Shown in pieces: positions 49,094-58,772 of a DNA stretch of 64,000 nt; positions within the stretch are counted from its first letter, which is position 1; each line of letters starts with the position of its first letter. The notes below the pieces were generated by a model, which ran no database searches, had not been told where the DNA came from, and saw nothing but the letters and a program-made list of their open reading frames with translations. The translations under genes and the position numbers were made by a program. This DNA comes from Gammaproteobacteria bacterium (lineage in GTDB: Bacteria > Pseudomonadota > Gammaproteobacteria > UBA4575): positions 704,001 through 768,000 of the forward strand of contig CBDCUI010000007.1 of NCBI GenBank assembly GCA_965222615.1. The letters are read 5' to 3'.

Positions 49094-49969
49094 TTATCCA
49101 ACTGCAACTGCAGTTTTCAATTTTTTTATCGCGTTATTTTCAATTTGTCGCACACGCTCAGCTGAAACACCATATTTTTGTGCTAATTCTTGCAATGTCG
49201 ATTTACTTTCAGCTAACCAACGCTGAGCAATAATGTCACGGCTGCGTTCATCTAATGTGGTAAGAGCAGATTGTAGCTGTTTAGTTTGATGGGCTTGCCA
49301 ATCATTCTCTTCTGCTTGTGTTTCAGGACTTGCAGCGTCATGACTCAAATAACTGGCAGGCGCAAATGCCGTTTGAGTACCAACATCGTCTTCCTCTGCA
49401 TCGTTTGGTAAATCAAAGCCGAGGTCTGTGCTACTCAAACGCTTCTCCATTTCCAAGACTTCAGCAGGTTTGACGCCAAGCTCCTTAGCGACATTTTCTA
49501 CTTCATCTTGATTTAGCCAAGCTAGACGTTTTTTAGAACTACGTAAATTAAAAAATAACTTTCGTTGTGCTTTAGTGGTAGCAATTTTAACGATACGCCA
49601 ATTGCGCAATACGAATTCATGGATTTCTGCACGAATCCAATGCACTGCGAAGGACACCAAACGTACACCCTTGTGCGGATCAAAGCGTTTAACGGCTTTC
49701 ATTAACCCGACATTGCCTTCTTGTATGAGATCGGCCAGTGGTAAGCCATAGCCTGTATAGCCGCGTGCAACTTGGATGACAAAACGCAGGTGGTGAATAA
49801 TGAGGCTACGCGCTGCATCGAGATCATCATGCTCATACAGCCGCAACGCCAAAGATTGTTCTTCTTCAGCACTGAGCACGGGTACCTGATAAGCTGCAGC
49901 GATATAGCTTTCGATATTGCCACTTGGTACAGCCATCATGGGTTGTAATGATGTATTCGATTTCGACAT
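49094..49969 (-). CDS. rpoH: RNA polymerase sigma-32 heat-shock factor
   Basis: RpoH box [33 protein letters not shown]. Start placed at ATG 49969 because the longer track start runs into the CIRCE. Confidence 0.97.
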   Translation of the reverse strand: MSKSNTSLQPMMAVPSGNIESYIAAAYQVPVLSAEEEQSLALRLYEHDDLDAARSLIIHHLRFVIQVARGYTGYGLPLADLIQEGNVGLMKAVKRFDPHKGVRLVSFAVHWIRAEIHEFVLRNWRIVKIATTKAQRKLFFNLRSSKKRLAWLNQDEVENVAKELGVKPAEVLEMEKRLSSTDLGFDLPNDAEEDDVGTQTAFAPASYLSHDAASPETQAEENDWQAHQTKQLQSALTTLDERSRDIIAQRWLAESKSTLQELAQKYGVSAERVRQIENNAIKKLKTAVAVG

Positions 49970-50001
49970 AGAATGAAACCCCGAATAAATATAAAATGAT
50001 T

Positions 50002-50028
50002 TTAGCACTCCTAGTTATAGAGTGCTAA
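50002..50028. promoter_or_regulatory. CIRCE element (HrcA operator)
   Basis: Exact TTAGCACTC-N9(ctagttata)-GAGTGCTAA, 32 nt upstream of the rpoH ATG. Confidence 0.93.
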
Positions 50029-50043
50029 TAATGAGAGAAGTTC
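50017..50043 (-). promoter_or_regulatory. SigmaE (RpoE/AlgU)-type promoter for rpoH
   Basis: Minus strand GAACTT-N16-TCTAT, matching the rpoH P3-type consensus GAACTT-N16-TCTRA. Confidence 0.7.
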
Positions 50044-50112
50044 AATGAGTTAGTGCGCAAAGAGCTTGGATAAGCGGCACTTAACCATAATATATATATG
50101 GTTAAATACTTT

Positions 50113-50922
50113 TTAATGTAGGCTGCGTTTAATGAATACCCAGGGTTCCATGCGTGCAAATAAAACCTCTTCTTTCACCGGCTTGCTAATAAAATCATTC
50201 ACACCGAGCTGACGTAATTCGGTGTAGTTCAGTTCTGTAGAGCTACTTCCAGTGGCTAATAATATCGGTAATGCTTTTTTATCGATGCCTAAGTCATGCC
50301 GAATATAACGAACCAAATCTATTCCCGATACGTCGTCATCGAGATTTAAATCGGTGATTACAATATCAAATTCAGTATTCAATTGGGTTTGTAAGGTGTC
50401 AATTAATATCTTGGCTTCGCTGCCAGAGCTCACCGCTGAATAAGGAATTGCATTTTGATCAAAGATACGACTTATGACCGTCAGTACCGTTTTACTATCC
50501 TCGACAAACAACACTCGCGGGGGTGGTATTTTTGGTTTAGGCAGAAAGCTTTCTAGATATTCAATGAGTGCATCAATACCTAAAGATTTATCAAAATGTG
50601 CATTAATGCCATGTGCAACTCTGACTTGAGTATCGTCTGCACTTGCATTACTGGAAATCATAACGATAGGCGTATCGGCATTCGGTGCTAAGCTGCGAAT
50701 CTTAGTGGCTAAATCCAAACCGTTCCCGTCTGGTAGGGTGAACCCGATTGCAACTAAGTCATAACTCTGCTTACGTAACTTGGGTATTGCAGAGCTAACC
50801 GTTGCACGGGTATCAATCACCAGCTCTGGCCGCATATGCTTAAGTTTATTGGCTACTAGTTTACGACTGGCGCTGGAGCCATCGACAACAAGTACATTGG
50901 TCGTAGATTGGTTTTCATTCAT
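50113..50922 (-). CDS. Tandem receiver-domain protein (pseudo-REC + REC), no output domain
   Basis: REC1 VLVVDGS..YDLVAIG lacks the acceptor Asp. REC2 VLFVEDS..DIVITD..FISKP is intact. Start probably ATG 50922. Confidence 0.85.
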   Translation of the reverse strand: MNENQSTTNVLVVDGSSASRKLVANKLKHMRPELVIDTRATVSSAIPKLRKQSYDLVAIGFTLPDGNGLDLATKIRSLAPNADTPIVMISSNASADDTQVRVAHGINAHFDKSLGIDALIEYLESFLPKPKIPPPRVLFVEDSKTVLTVISRIFDQNAIPYSAVSSGSEAKILIDTLQTQLNTEFDIVITDLNLDDDVSGIDLVRYIRHDLGIDKKALPILLATGSSSTELNYTELRQLGVNDFISKPVKEEVLFARMEPWVFIKRSLH

Positions 50923-51191
50923 TTCAATCAGACCCCATCTGATTTGGTGGTTACGTCGCTCTGTCTGCACGTTTTACCCAATTGCAGCTTGTCTTAAGAG
51001 ATTCTCTCGGTATCTTTAGCTGAGATTTAAGGCGGTCGAATGAATACAGAGAGAGCTTGCTCATTGTGCAATTACGACAGAAATTTGCTCGGCCTTCCAT
51101 CGGCCCAAAATTAGACTTTGTCTAATACGCAAACGCCTTAATAAATATGCTCATACAATTTATTAAAATGACCTATTGTAACTTCTCGTAA

Positions 51192-51404
51192 ATGGCTGGC
51201 GTACAAGTAAGCAAATCGGATTTGGCGCATATATTTGGCGTTGACCAACCTACCATAGATCATTGGATTCGACGTGGATTACCCTATATTCGCAAACGAC
51301 TGAAAGGTGTTGCTGTGCATTCAGATGAACGCGAACTAGTCTTCGATACTGCAGATGCAATTAACTGGCGTTTATCAGTGACTAACTTAGAACATGAATG
51401 GTGA
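51192..51404 (+). CDS. Stand-alone winged-HTH protein resembling the DNA-binding domain of lambda terminase small subunit Nu1
   Basis: VSKSDLAHIFGV...TIDHWIRRGLP...G....ELVFDTADAINW parallels Nu1 VNKKQLADIFGA...TIQNWQEQGMP...GNEVLYDSAAVIKW. Confidence 0.7.
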   Translation: MAGVQVSKSDLAHIFGVDQPTIDHWIRRGLPYIRKRLKGVAVHSDERELVFDTADAINWRLSVTNLEHEW

Positions 51405-51449
51405 CGCAAAGTCTTAGTTTGATAACTTCATAATAAAGTGTGCTCAAGG

Positions 51450-51626
51450 ATGAGTGTAGATACCCAACAAATTAATACCAACCAACCTGCATACTACATC
51501 ATCAACATGCGTGATGATAAATGGGTCAAAGTCAGTAAAAGCTTTAAAGATTTAGCCGAAGCAAAAAATGCCTATACTGAATTGCTAAAAAAATATCCCT
51601 TTGCACGCTTAGGCGGAAGGCGCTAA
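51450..51626 (+). CDS. Small hypothetical protein
   Basis: 58-62-aa ORF co-oriented between the Nu1-like and cupin genes. Start uncertain. Confidence 0.5.
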   Translation: MSVDTQQINTNQPAYYIINMRDDKWVKVSKSFKDLAEAKNAYTELLKKYPFARLGGRR

Positions 51627-51746
51627 TTTAATAGCGTAGAAAAAGACAGTGCAAACTGTTGTTAACCTCAATCTATATATATTGTTAATAACTTAATATA
51701 GAACTTAATGATAGACTCAAGTAGTCCATTCACATTGGAGGAGAAT

Positions 51747-52094
51747 ATGAATAACGATGTTGAATATCTTAAATCAAGTATCTCAACGGATACTTATGAA
51801 CCGTTTATGGTGGGTGATAAACAAGCAGGGGAAGTGCATTGGTTGACACAAACCAACTCAAGCGGACAGGCAACTTATTCAGGCCTGTGGCGTTGTGAAC
51901 CCATGACATTTGCATATGAATTTCCAGGCGACGAAATATTTCAAGTACTGCAAGGTAGCCTAGTGGTTGAAATTGCAGGCGGTGATACGGTTAATTTACA
52001 AGAGGGTGATATTGTTTCATTCAACAAAGGGATGAAATCAACTTGGACGATACAAACGTCTTTTAAGAAGTTTTTTGTAATTTCTAATTGCTAA
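51747..52094 (+). CDS. Cupin-domain protein (DUF861/EutQ-like)
   Basis: SGLWRCEP, DEIFQVLQG, GDIVSFNKGMKSTW, KKFFV. GGAGGAG RBS before ATG 51747. Confidence 0.85.
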   Translation: MNNDVEYLKSSISTDTYEPFMVGDKQAGEVHWLTQTNSSGQATYSGLWRCEPMTFAYEFPGDEIFQVLQGSLVVEIAGGDTVNLQEGDIVSFNKGMKSTWTIQTSFKKFFVISNC

Positions 52095-52211
52095 TTTGCA
52101 AATTTTAGAATAATAGTCACTGAAAGCAATCCAACAGAATTAGTTACTAGTTCCTGTATTAGGTCATTTGTGCGAGGTCATTATTCTAGTGCTGGTTACT
52201 TATGTCGGATA

Positions 52212-53180
52212 TTAGCTTGGTTCGATCTTTGCGATATGGCGGCCAACGGCTAGCCAAGAACCGACTAAACCTAGTGCAACACTTAGTGCAATCAAACCAA
52301 GGCTTTGTTTTATAGATGGGAAAATCAGTTGAAAATTGCTGTTATATAAGCCTACCAATTCTTGTGTAGGTTTTTTTATTACTAATAAAACAATTACCAC
52401 GAGTAGTAAAGCAATAATGCCACCGATTAGACCGTACCAAACACCGCCATACAAAAAAGGGCGGCGGATAAACCTATCCGTAGCGCCAATTAGTTTCGTG
52501 ACTTCGATCTCTTCACGACGATTTTCGATATCGAGGCGTATACTATTACCAATAACGAGTAATACCGAGGCCGCTAACATTACACCGATGATGGTAATCG
52601 CTCGGCGCACAATTGCACTGATGGTTTGTAAACGTTGCAACCATTGCATATCAAGTTGCACACGTTCTACGTTCGTGTAAGCTCGGAAATTATTGACGAG
52701 TTTATCCAAGCTATCGGCTTGTTTAACAGATTCGACTGGTGTAAGTACCAAAGTAGCTGGCAGAGGGTTGTCTGGCAGCCCTTCTAGCAGTTCCCCGAAT
52801 TCACTACGATGGCGAAATTTTTCTAGGGCTTCTTCAGGAGCAATATAACGAACCGATTCAATCTCGGCTAATTTTTCCACACGTCCTTGTAATTGCTTAA
52901 TTGCATCTTTACTGGTATCAGCAGACAAGAACAGCGTGATTTGGCCTGCATCATCCCAATCATGGGTTACGGACTGCAGGTTGTTTAACAAAATAAACAA
53001 ACAGGCCGGTAAAGCTAGTGCCACTGCCACCATAAGCAAAGTAAGCGTAGTAGCGAATGGCTGTCGATATAATTTTCCAAGACTAAAAACTAAACCACGT
53101 AAATGATCACGCCCATAAGCGCGTAAGCGCGTTATTAAATTTGGTTTTAAAAGTGATTGTGGTCGTTTGGCTTTTGCCAT
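52212..53180 (-). CDS. ftsX: Cell division permease-like protein
   Basis: NPLPA, IGNSIRLDIENRREEIEV.KLIGAT..FIRRPFLY.G. Confidence 0.96.
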   Translation of the reverse strand: MAKAKRPQSLLKPNLITRLRAYGRDHLRGLVFSLGKLYRQPFATTLTLLMVAVALALPACLFILLNNLQSVTHDWDDAGQITLFLSADTSKDAIKQLQGRVEKLAEIESVRYIAPEEALEKFRHRSEFGELLEGLPDNPLPATLVLTPVESVKQADSLDKLVNNFRAYTNVERVQLDMQWLQRLQTISAIVRRAITIIGVMLAASVLLVIGNSIRLDIENRREEIEVTKLIGATDRFIRRPFLYGGVWYGLIGGIIALLLVVIVLLVIKKPTQELVGLYNSNFQLIFPSIKQSLGLIALSVALGLVGSWLAVGRHIAKIEPS

Positions 53181-53200
53181 AAAACTTTAATATTTATTCT

Positions 53201-53896
53201 TTAATGAGTAGCGGTAAATTCTCTGTATTGTTGATCGCTTTCTGAGTCAATACATTTTCCATTATGTAAACGTACTATGCGTTTGCGCATTCGAGAAATT
53301 AAGTCTAAATCATGGCTAGCAATTAATACGGTCACGCCTACTTGATTAAATTCTGCAAAGAGTTGCATGATCTCAGCTGATAACTCTGGGTCAAGGTTTC
53401 CAGTGGGTTCGTCCGCCAACAGGATTGCAGGCTTATTTACTACTGCACGCGCAATACCCACACGTTGTTGTTCACCACCAGACAGCGTTACAGGCATTAC
53501 TTGTTCTTTGTCTAACAAGTCTACTTTGTCTAGTGCGGCACGCACACGACGGTTGATGTCGGCCTGAGCATAGCCAGCAATTTGAAGTGGCAGTGAGACG
53601 TTGTTAAATACATTACGGTCGTATAATAGATGGTGATCCTGAAATACCACACCCATATGTCTACGCAAGGCTGGAATTTTTCTTTTTGGGATGCGGGTAA
53701 TATTTTTTCGATTGATAAATAACTGGCCACGAGTAGGTCGTTCAATCGCCGCGATCAATTTGAGCAAAGTACTCTTACCTGCACCTGACGGGCCAGTAAG
53801 AAATGCCATTTCTCCTTGTTCTAAGGTTAAATTCAAATGCGAAAGGGCTTCACGATTGCCTGGATAACGCTTAGTGATGTTCTGCAGTTCAATCAT
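53201..53896 (-). CDS. ftsE: Cell division ABC ATPase
   Basis: GPSGAGKST, VFQD, LSGGEQQR, LADEPTGNLD. Confidence 0.96.
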   Translation of the reverse strand: MIELQNITKRYPGNREALSHLNLTLEQGEMAFLTGPSGAGKSTLLKLIAAIERPTRGQLFINRKNITRIPKRKIPALRRHMGVVFQDHHLLYDRNVFNNVSLPLQIAGYAQADINRRVRAALDKVDLLDKEQVMPVTLSGGEQQRVGIARAVVNKPAILLADEPTGNLDPELSAEIMQLFAEFNQVGVTVLIASHDLDLISRMRKRIVRLHNGKCIDSESDQQYREFTATH

Positions 53897-53913
53897 TGCC
53901 AGACAGCAGTTGT

Positions 53914-54861
53914 TTATGAGATAGTTTTGTCAATGGCTTCACGACCGAGTAGTGCAGCGGCATAATGCCGTGCATCAAACACGCGTAAATCTTCCACCGC
54001 TTCGCCAACACCAATATAACGTATCGGCAATTTTAATTTATCGGCAATAGCAACTACCACACCACCCTTAGCGGTGCCATCCAATTTAGTGATACATAAG
54101 CCCGTGATGTTGAGAGCTTGATGAAACTCGGTAGCTTGTTTGATTGCATTTTGTCCAGTACCACCTTCTAACACTAAGAGTATTTCGTGTGGGGCTTCAG
54201 GTTCAATTTTTTGCATGGCACGCTTGATTTTTTGTAATTCATCCATGAGATTTTGTTGAGTATGTAAGCGGCCAGCAGTATCGGCTATCAAGATATCCAT
54301 TTTGCGTGCTTTGGCAGATTGATAGGCATCAAATATCACGGCAGCACTGTCTGCACCGCTTGCCTGCGCAATGACTGGTACATTAATTTTAGCTCCCCAT
54401 GCTTGTAATTGCTCGACAGCTGCGGCTCGAAAGGTATCGCCCGCAGCTAGCATCACCGCTATACGATGTTCAGCAAGGCGTTGAGCAATTTTACCAATGG
54501 TGGTTGTTTTGCCTGCACCATTGACACCGACCACTAAAACAGTAAAGGGTCTAATGTCGCGCATAAGCAACGGTTTATTACAGGGAAGAAGAATTTCCGT
54601 AATCGCATCTTGTAGTGCATCGTATAACACATCAATATCTGATAATTCCTTGCGCTGTACTCGAGTTGTCAAACCAGTGATAATTTTGTTCGTGGTTTCG
54701 ATGCCAACATCCGCTAGTACTAAGCGATCTTCAAGCTCAGTGATAAGTTCTTCGTCTAGTTCTTTTTTGCCTATTACAACATTAGATAACCCGTCAGTAA
54801 GCGCTTCACTGGTTTTGGCCAATCCTTGTCGTAATCTTGATAAAACTCCGCTCTCAGACAT
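53914..54861 (-). CDS. ftsY: SRP receptor, NG domain only
   Basis: GVNGAGKTTT, DTFRAAA, DTAGR, TKLDGTAKGG. Confidence 0.97.
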   Translation of the reverse strand: MSESGVLSRLRQGLAKTSEALTDGLSNVVIGKKELDEELITELEDRLVLADVGIETTNKIITGLTTRVQRKELSDIDVLYDALQDAITEILLPCNKPLLMRDIRPFTVLVVGVNGAGKTTTIGKIAQRLAEHRIAVMLAAGDTFRAAAVEQLQAWGAKINVPVIAQASGADSAAVIFDAYQSAKARKMDILIADTAGRLHTQQNLMDELQKIKRAMQKIEPEAPHEILLVLEGGTGQNAIKQATEFHQALNITGLCITKLDGTAKGGVVVAIADKLKLPIRYIGVGEAVEDLRVFDARHYAAALLGREAIDKTIS

Positions 54862-54957
54862 AGATTTTGAACAAATATTTATAGTATGGTCTAACTAGGA
54901 ATTAATGGCGTCACAATGCGGCGCTAATCCTAACATCAAATATAACGATAGAATGCT

Positions 54958-56316
54958 ATGCAAGTAAGAAAAATTATTCCGCTTTTTATTTTTTTGGTGG
55001 TTTCGCTATCAGTTTATAGCAAAACAATCAGTACGCATGAAAAAATATTTGATAATGGCATGAAAGTGATTGTTAAGGAGGATCATCGAGCGCCAGTGGT
55101 AATTTCACAAATATGGTATCGAGTAGGTTCGGCACAAGAGCATAGTGGAATTACTGGTGTATCTCATGTGCTTGAGCACATGATGTTTAAAGGCACAGAA
55201 AAATATCCATCTGGAACCTTTTCTTCTACGGTAGCGGGAATCGGCGCACGGGATAACGCCTTTACGGGTCGCGACTACACCGCCTATTATCAGCTTATGG
55301 AGAAGAGTAAGTTGGAAATAAGTTTTGAATTAGAATCAGATCGAATGTTGAATTTAATATTGTCACCGAATGATTTTGCCAGTGAGCTTGAAGTAGTAAA
55401 AGAAGAAAGACGTCTTCGAACTGATGACAATCCTAATGCCTTGATCTATGAACAACTTTATGCAACAGCATTTAATAATAGTCCTTATCATCATCCCATT
55501 ATTGGCTGGATGAATGATTTAGATAATCTTCAAGTAGAAGATTTACAAACATGGTATGAGCGTTGGTATACCCCCAATAACGCCACCTTGGTTGTAGTGG
55601 GGGATGTGAATCCACAAGAAGTGTTTGCACTAGCTGAAAAATATTTCGCTGGGCTCGACTCGCGGAAAGTCACTGACAGCAAACCTCGAAAAGAGCATCC
55701 GCAAACCGGTATACGTAGGGTTACCGTTAAAAAAATAGCTAAGCTACCCTATATTATGCTTGGCTATAAAGTGCCATCACTGGCCACAGCAGAACATGAT
55801 TGGGAGCCTTATGCACTGTCAGTTTTAGCCGGTATACTCGATGGTGGTCGCAGTGCACGATTAAGCAAACATTTAGTGCGTGAAAAAGAATTGGTTGCTA
55901 GTGCCGGTGCCGGGTACAACCTCTATGCACGTTATCCAACTTTGTTTTTGTTTGACGGTACACCCGCTGCAGCACACACTATTGAGGAAATCGAAGCAGC
56001 ACTGTATGAAGAAATTAAACAACTGCAAGAAACTTTAGTAGATGAAAAAGAGCTGGAACGTGTTAAGGCACAAGTGATTGCCAGCGAAGTGTACCAACAA
56101 GATTCTATTCAGAGACAAGCTACAGTCATCGGTAGCTTAGAAACCATAGGTTTGGGCTGGCAACTAATGAATGAATACAGCACGCGCATTAATCAAGTTA
56201 CTGCCGAACAAATACAACAAGTTGCAGTTAAGTATTTAGTTGAGCAAGGCCTAACTGTTGCAATGCTTGAGCCATTGGAAAATGATACTCAGACGCAGCA
56301 AGAATCCACACAATAA
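54958..56316 (+). CDS. M16B zinc peptidase, catalytic subunit
   Basis: Signal peptide, HVLEH inverted zinc motif, NAFT, EERR. Confidence 0.92.
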   Translation: MQVRKIIPLFIFLVVSLSVYSKTISTHEKIFDNGMKVIVKEDHRAPVVISQIWYRVGSAQEHSGITGVSHVLEHMMFKGTEKYPSGTFSSTVAGIGARDNAFTGRDYTAYYQLMEKSKLEISFELESDRMLNLILSPNDFASELEVVKEERRLRTDDNPNALIYEQLYATAFNNSPYHHPIIGWMNDLDNLQVEDLQTWYERWYTPNNATLVVVGDVNPQEVFALAEKYFAGLDSRKVTDSKPRKEHPQTGIRRVTVKKIAKLPYIMLGYKVPSLATAEHDWEPYALSVLAGILDGGRSARLSKHLVREKELVASAGAGYNLYARYPTLFLFDGTPAAAHTIEEIEAALYEEIKQLQETLVDEKELERVKAQVIASEVYQQDSIQRQATVIGSLETIGLGWQLMNEYSTRINQVTAEQIQQVAVKYLVEQGLTVAMLEPLENDTQTQQESTQ

Positions 56317-56351
56317 TTTATTTTCTAGAATTACTTTACAAGAATAATTTT

Positions 56352-57659
56352 ATGGAGCTTAAGCTATATACTTTTCTAATAGGCCTATGTCTGACTAACA
56401 TTGTCAGTGCTGCACCGGATATTCAGCAATGGCAATCTGAAAACGGTGTGAAAACATTATTTGTGTCGGCACTTGAATTGCCGATGGTTGATATCGCTAT
56501 CACTTTTGATGCCGGTAGTGGACGGGATGGGGAACTTGCCGGTTTATCACAGCTTACCCATAGCTTGTTAAATTCTGGTTCGGGTCAGTTAGATGCCGAT
56601 GCCATCGCTGAAAAATTTGAAGACGTTGGCGCTCAGTTTAGTGCCAGCGTAAATCTAGACCGCTCTAGTGTTGCATTACGTAGCTTGACCGATGAAAAAC
56701 TATTTAATCAAGCCCTAACTACTTTTATCGCAATACTTACCCAACCTAGTTTTCCAAAAAAAGATTTTCAACGCTTAAAGAAACAAGCGCTTATTGCAAT
56801 TAAAGATGAGGAACAGCGCCCCGGTGATATTGCCACTAAAGCATTTTATAAAGCAATTTACAACGAGCATCCCTATGCACAACCGACCTTAGGTAATCAA
56901 AACAGCATCAATACGATTCAATTAAAAGATATTGAAAATTTTCATCAGCAATACCTAGTTGCTGAAAATGCACTGATTGCTATCGTCGGTGGTATCGATA
57001 CAAACAAAGCCAAACAAATTGCTAATCAAATTGCATCGAGTCTAGCGCGTGGGCAAAAACCTGCACCCATCGCTAAACCTAGCCCTCAATTATCCGCGCA
57101 AGACATTTTTATTCCTTATCCGTCTCAACAAGCGCATGTGTATTTAGGACAATTAGGCATTCCACGTGGTGATCCCGATTATTTTACTTTGTATACAGGA
57201 AATCATGTGCTTGGAGGTGGCGGTTTTACCTCGCGTTTAGTAAAACAAGTGCGCGTTGAACGTGGGTTATCTTATAGCGTATACAGCTACTTTTTCCCCA
57301 TGCAATTAAATGGTCCATTTGTGTTGGGCTTACAGACACGCAGTGATCAAGCACAACTTGCTGCCAAGGTTTCATTAGATACAGTAAAAAAGTTTATTGA
57401 AAAAGGTCCTACGGTAGAAGAATTGCAATTAGCAAAAAATAATATTATTGGTGGGTTTCCCTTACGTATTGATAATAATCGTGACATCTTGGGCTATCTA
57501 TCTTTGATTGGTTATTACGATTTGCCACTCGATTATTTAGAAACCTTTACAAAAAATATTGAAAAAGTTACTCAAAAAGATATTCGAGAAACCTTCAACC
57601 GCCGATTGCAATTAAATAATATGATAAAGATTATTGTTGGTGGTTCAGAAGAAGAATAG
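56352..57659 (+). CDS. M16B peptidase, non-catalytic partner subunit
   Basis: M16 fold without HxxEH. GGGGFTSRL and RGLSY motifs. Confidence 0.9.
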   Translation: MELKLYTFLIGLCLTNIVSAAPDIQQWQSENGVKTLFVSALELPMVDIAITFDAGSGRDGELAGLSQLTHSLLNSGSGQLDADAIAEKFEDVGAQFSASVNLDRSSVALRSLTDEKLFNQALTTFIAILTQPSFPKKDFQRLKKQALIAIKDEEQRPGDIATKAFYKAIYNEHPYAQPTLGNQNSINTIQLKDIENFHQQYLVAENALIAIVGGIDTNKAKQIANQIASSLARGQKPAPIAKPSPQLSAQDIFIPYPSQQAHVYLGQLGIPRGDPDYFTLYTGNHVLGGGGFTSRLVKQVRVERGLSYSVYSYFFPMQLNGPFVLGLQTRSDQAQLAAKVSLDTVKKFIEKGPTVEELQLAKNNIIGGFPLRIDNNRDILGYLSLIGYYDLPLDYLETFTKNIEKVTQKDIRETFNRRLQLNNMIKIIVGGSEEE

Positions 57660-58203
57660 TTTACGTATTATTGGCGGCACTTGGCGCAGTCGTCGTATTC
57701 AATTTGTCGATCATCCTGAAATTCGTCCCACGCCTGACCGTGTGCGCGAAACCTTATTTAATTGGTTGTCTAATTCGATCAATGGTGCCAAGTGTCTAGA
57801 TGTATTTGCCGGAAGTGGTGCGTTAGGATTTGAAGCTGCATCACGAGGCGCCAGTCAAGTGGTGTTGGTGGATAAGGACAAATCCTGTATTGAAATGTTG
57901 CTTAAACAGAAACAGTTACTCGATGCACAACAGCTTGAAATTGTACATCAAGACGGCTTGCAATATTTGCAACAAACCACACAGCAGTTTGATTTGGTGT
58001 TTTTAGATCCGCCCTTTAACAGCGGACTACTTCGGCAAGCCTTACGGTTCTTGAGCGAAGGTTCGATCATGGCGCCTAAGGGGTTTGTATATATTGAAAG
58101 CAGTGTACAAGAAACAGCCTCTACTAGTTTGCAGAAGTTACATTGTCTACGTGATAAAGTAGCTGGAGAAGTGCATTATGGGTTATACGAAATTTCAAAA
58201 TAA
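57634..58203 (+). CDS. rsmD: 16S rRNA m2G966 methyltransferase
   Basis: RIIGGTWR, RPTPDRVRETLFNWL, FAGSGALG, DPPF. Confidence 0.95.
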   Translation: MLVVQKKNSLRIIGGTWRSRRIQFVDHPEIRPTPDRVRETLFNWLSNSINGAKCLDVFAGSGALGFEAASRGASQVVLVDKDKSCIEMLLKQKQLLDAQQLEIVHQDGLQYLQQTTQQFDLVFLDPPFNSGLLRQALRFLSEGSIMAPKGFVYIESSVQETASTSLQKLHCLRDKVAGEVHYGLYEISK

Positions 58204-58252
58204 TTTCAATAATTGTAAATAATTTCACCACTAACAAAGCGCTTCATATTAG

Positions 58253-58759
<507 letters not shown>

Positions 58760-58772
58760 GTGCTATCGGCTG

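Noticed and set aside
49970-50008. N-terminal extension of RpoH given in the ORF track
   Set aside because: It begins inside the CIRCE/promoter. ATG 49969 gives a normal-length sigma32.
51192-52094. Prophage
   Set aside because: Only one Nu1-like domain. No integrase, large terminase, structural or lysis genes.
52100-52190. Imperfect long hairpin (TAGAATAAT...ATTATTCTA) between cupin and ftsX as an ncRNA or MITE
   Set aside because: AT-rich, weak pairing and no second copy in the window. At most a terminator for convergent genes.
53914-54861. FtsY lacking the acidic N-terminal domain as a truncation
   Set aside because: NG-only FtsY with an N-terminal amphipathic helix is common and functional.
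56352-57659. M16 peptidase without HxxEH as a pseudogene
   Set aside because: It is the normal non-catalytic partner of heterodimeric M16B peptidases.
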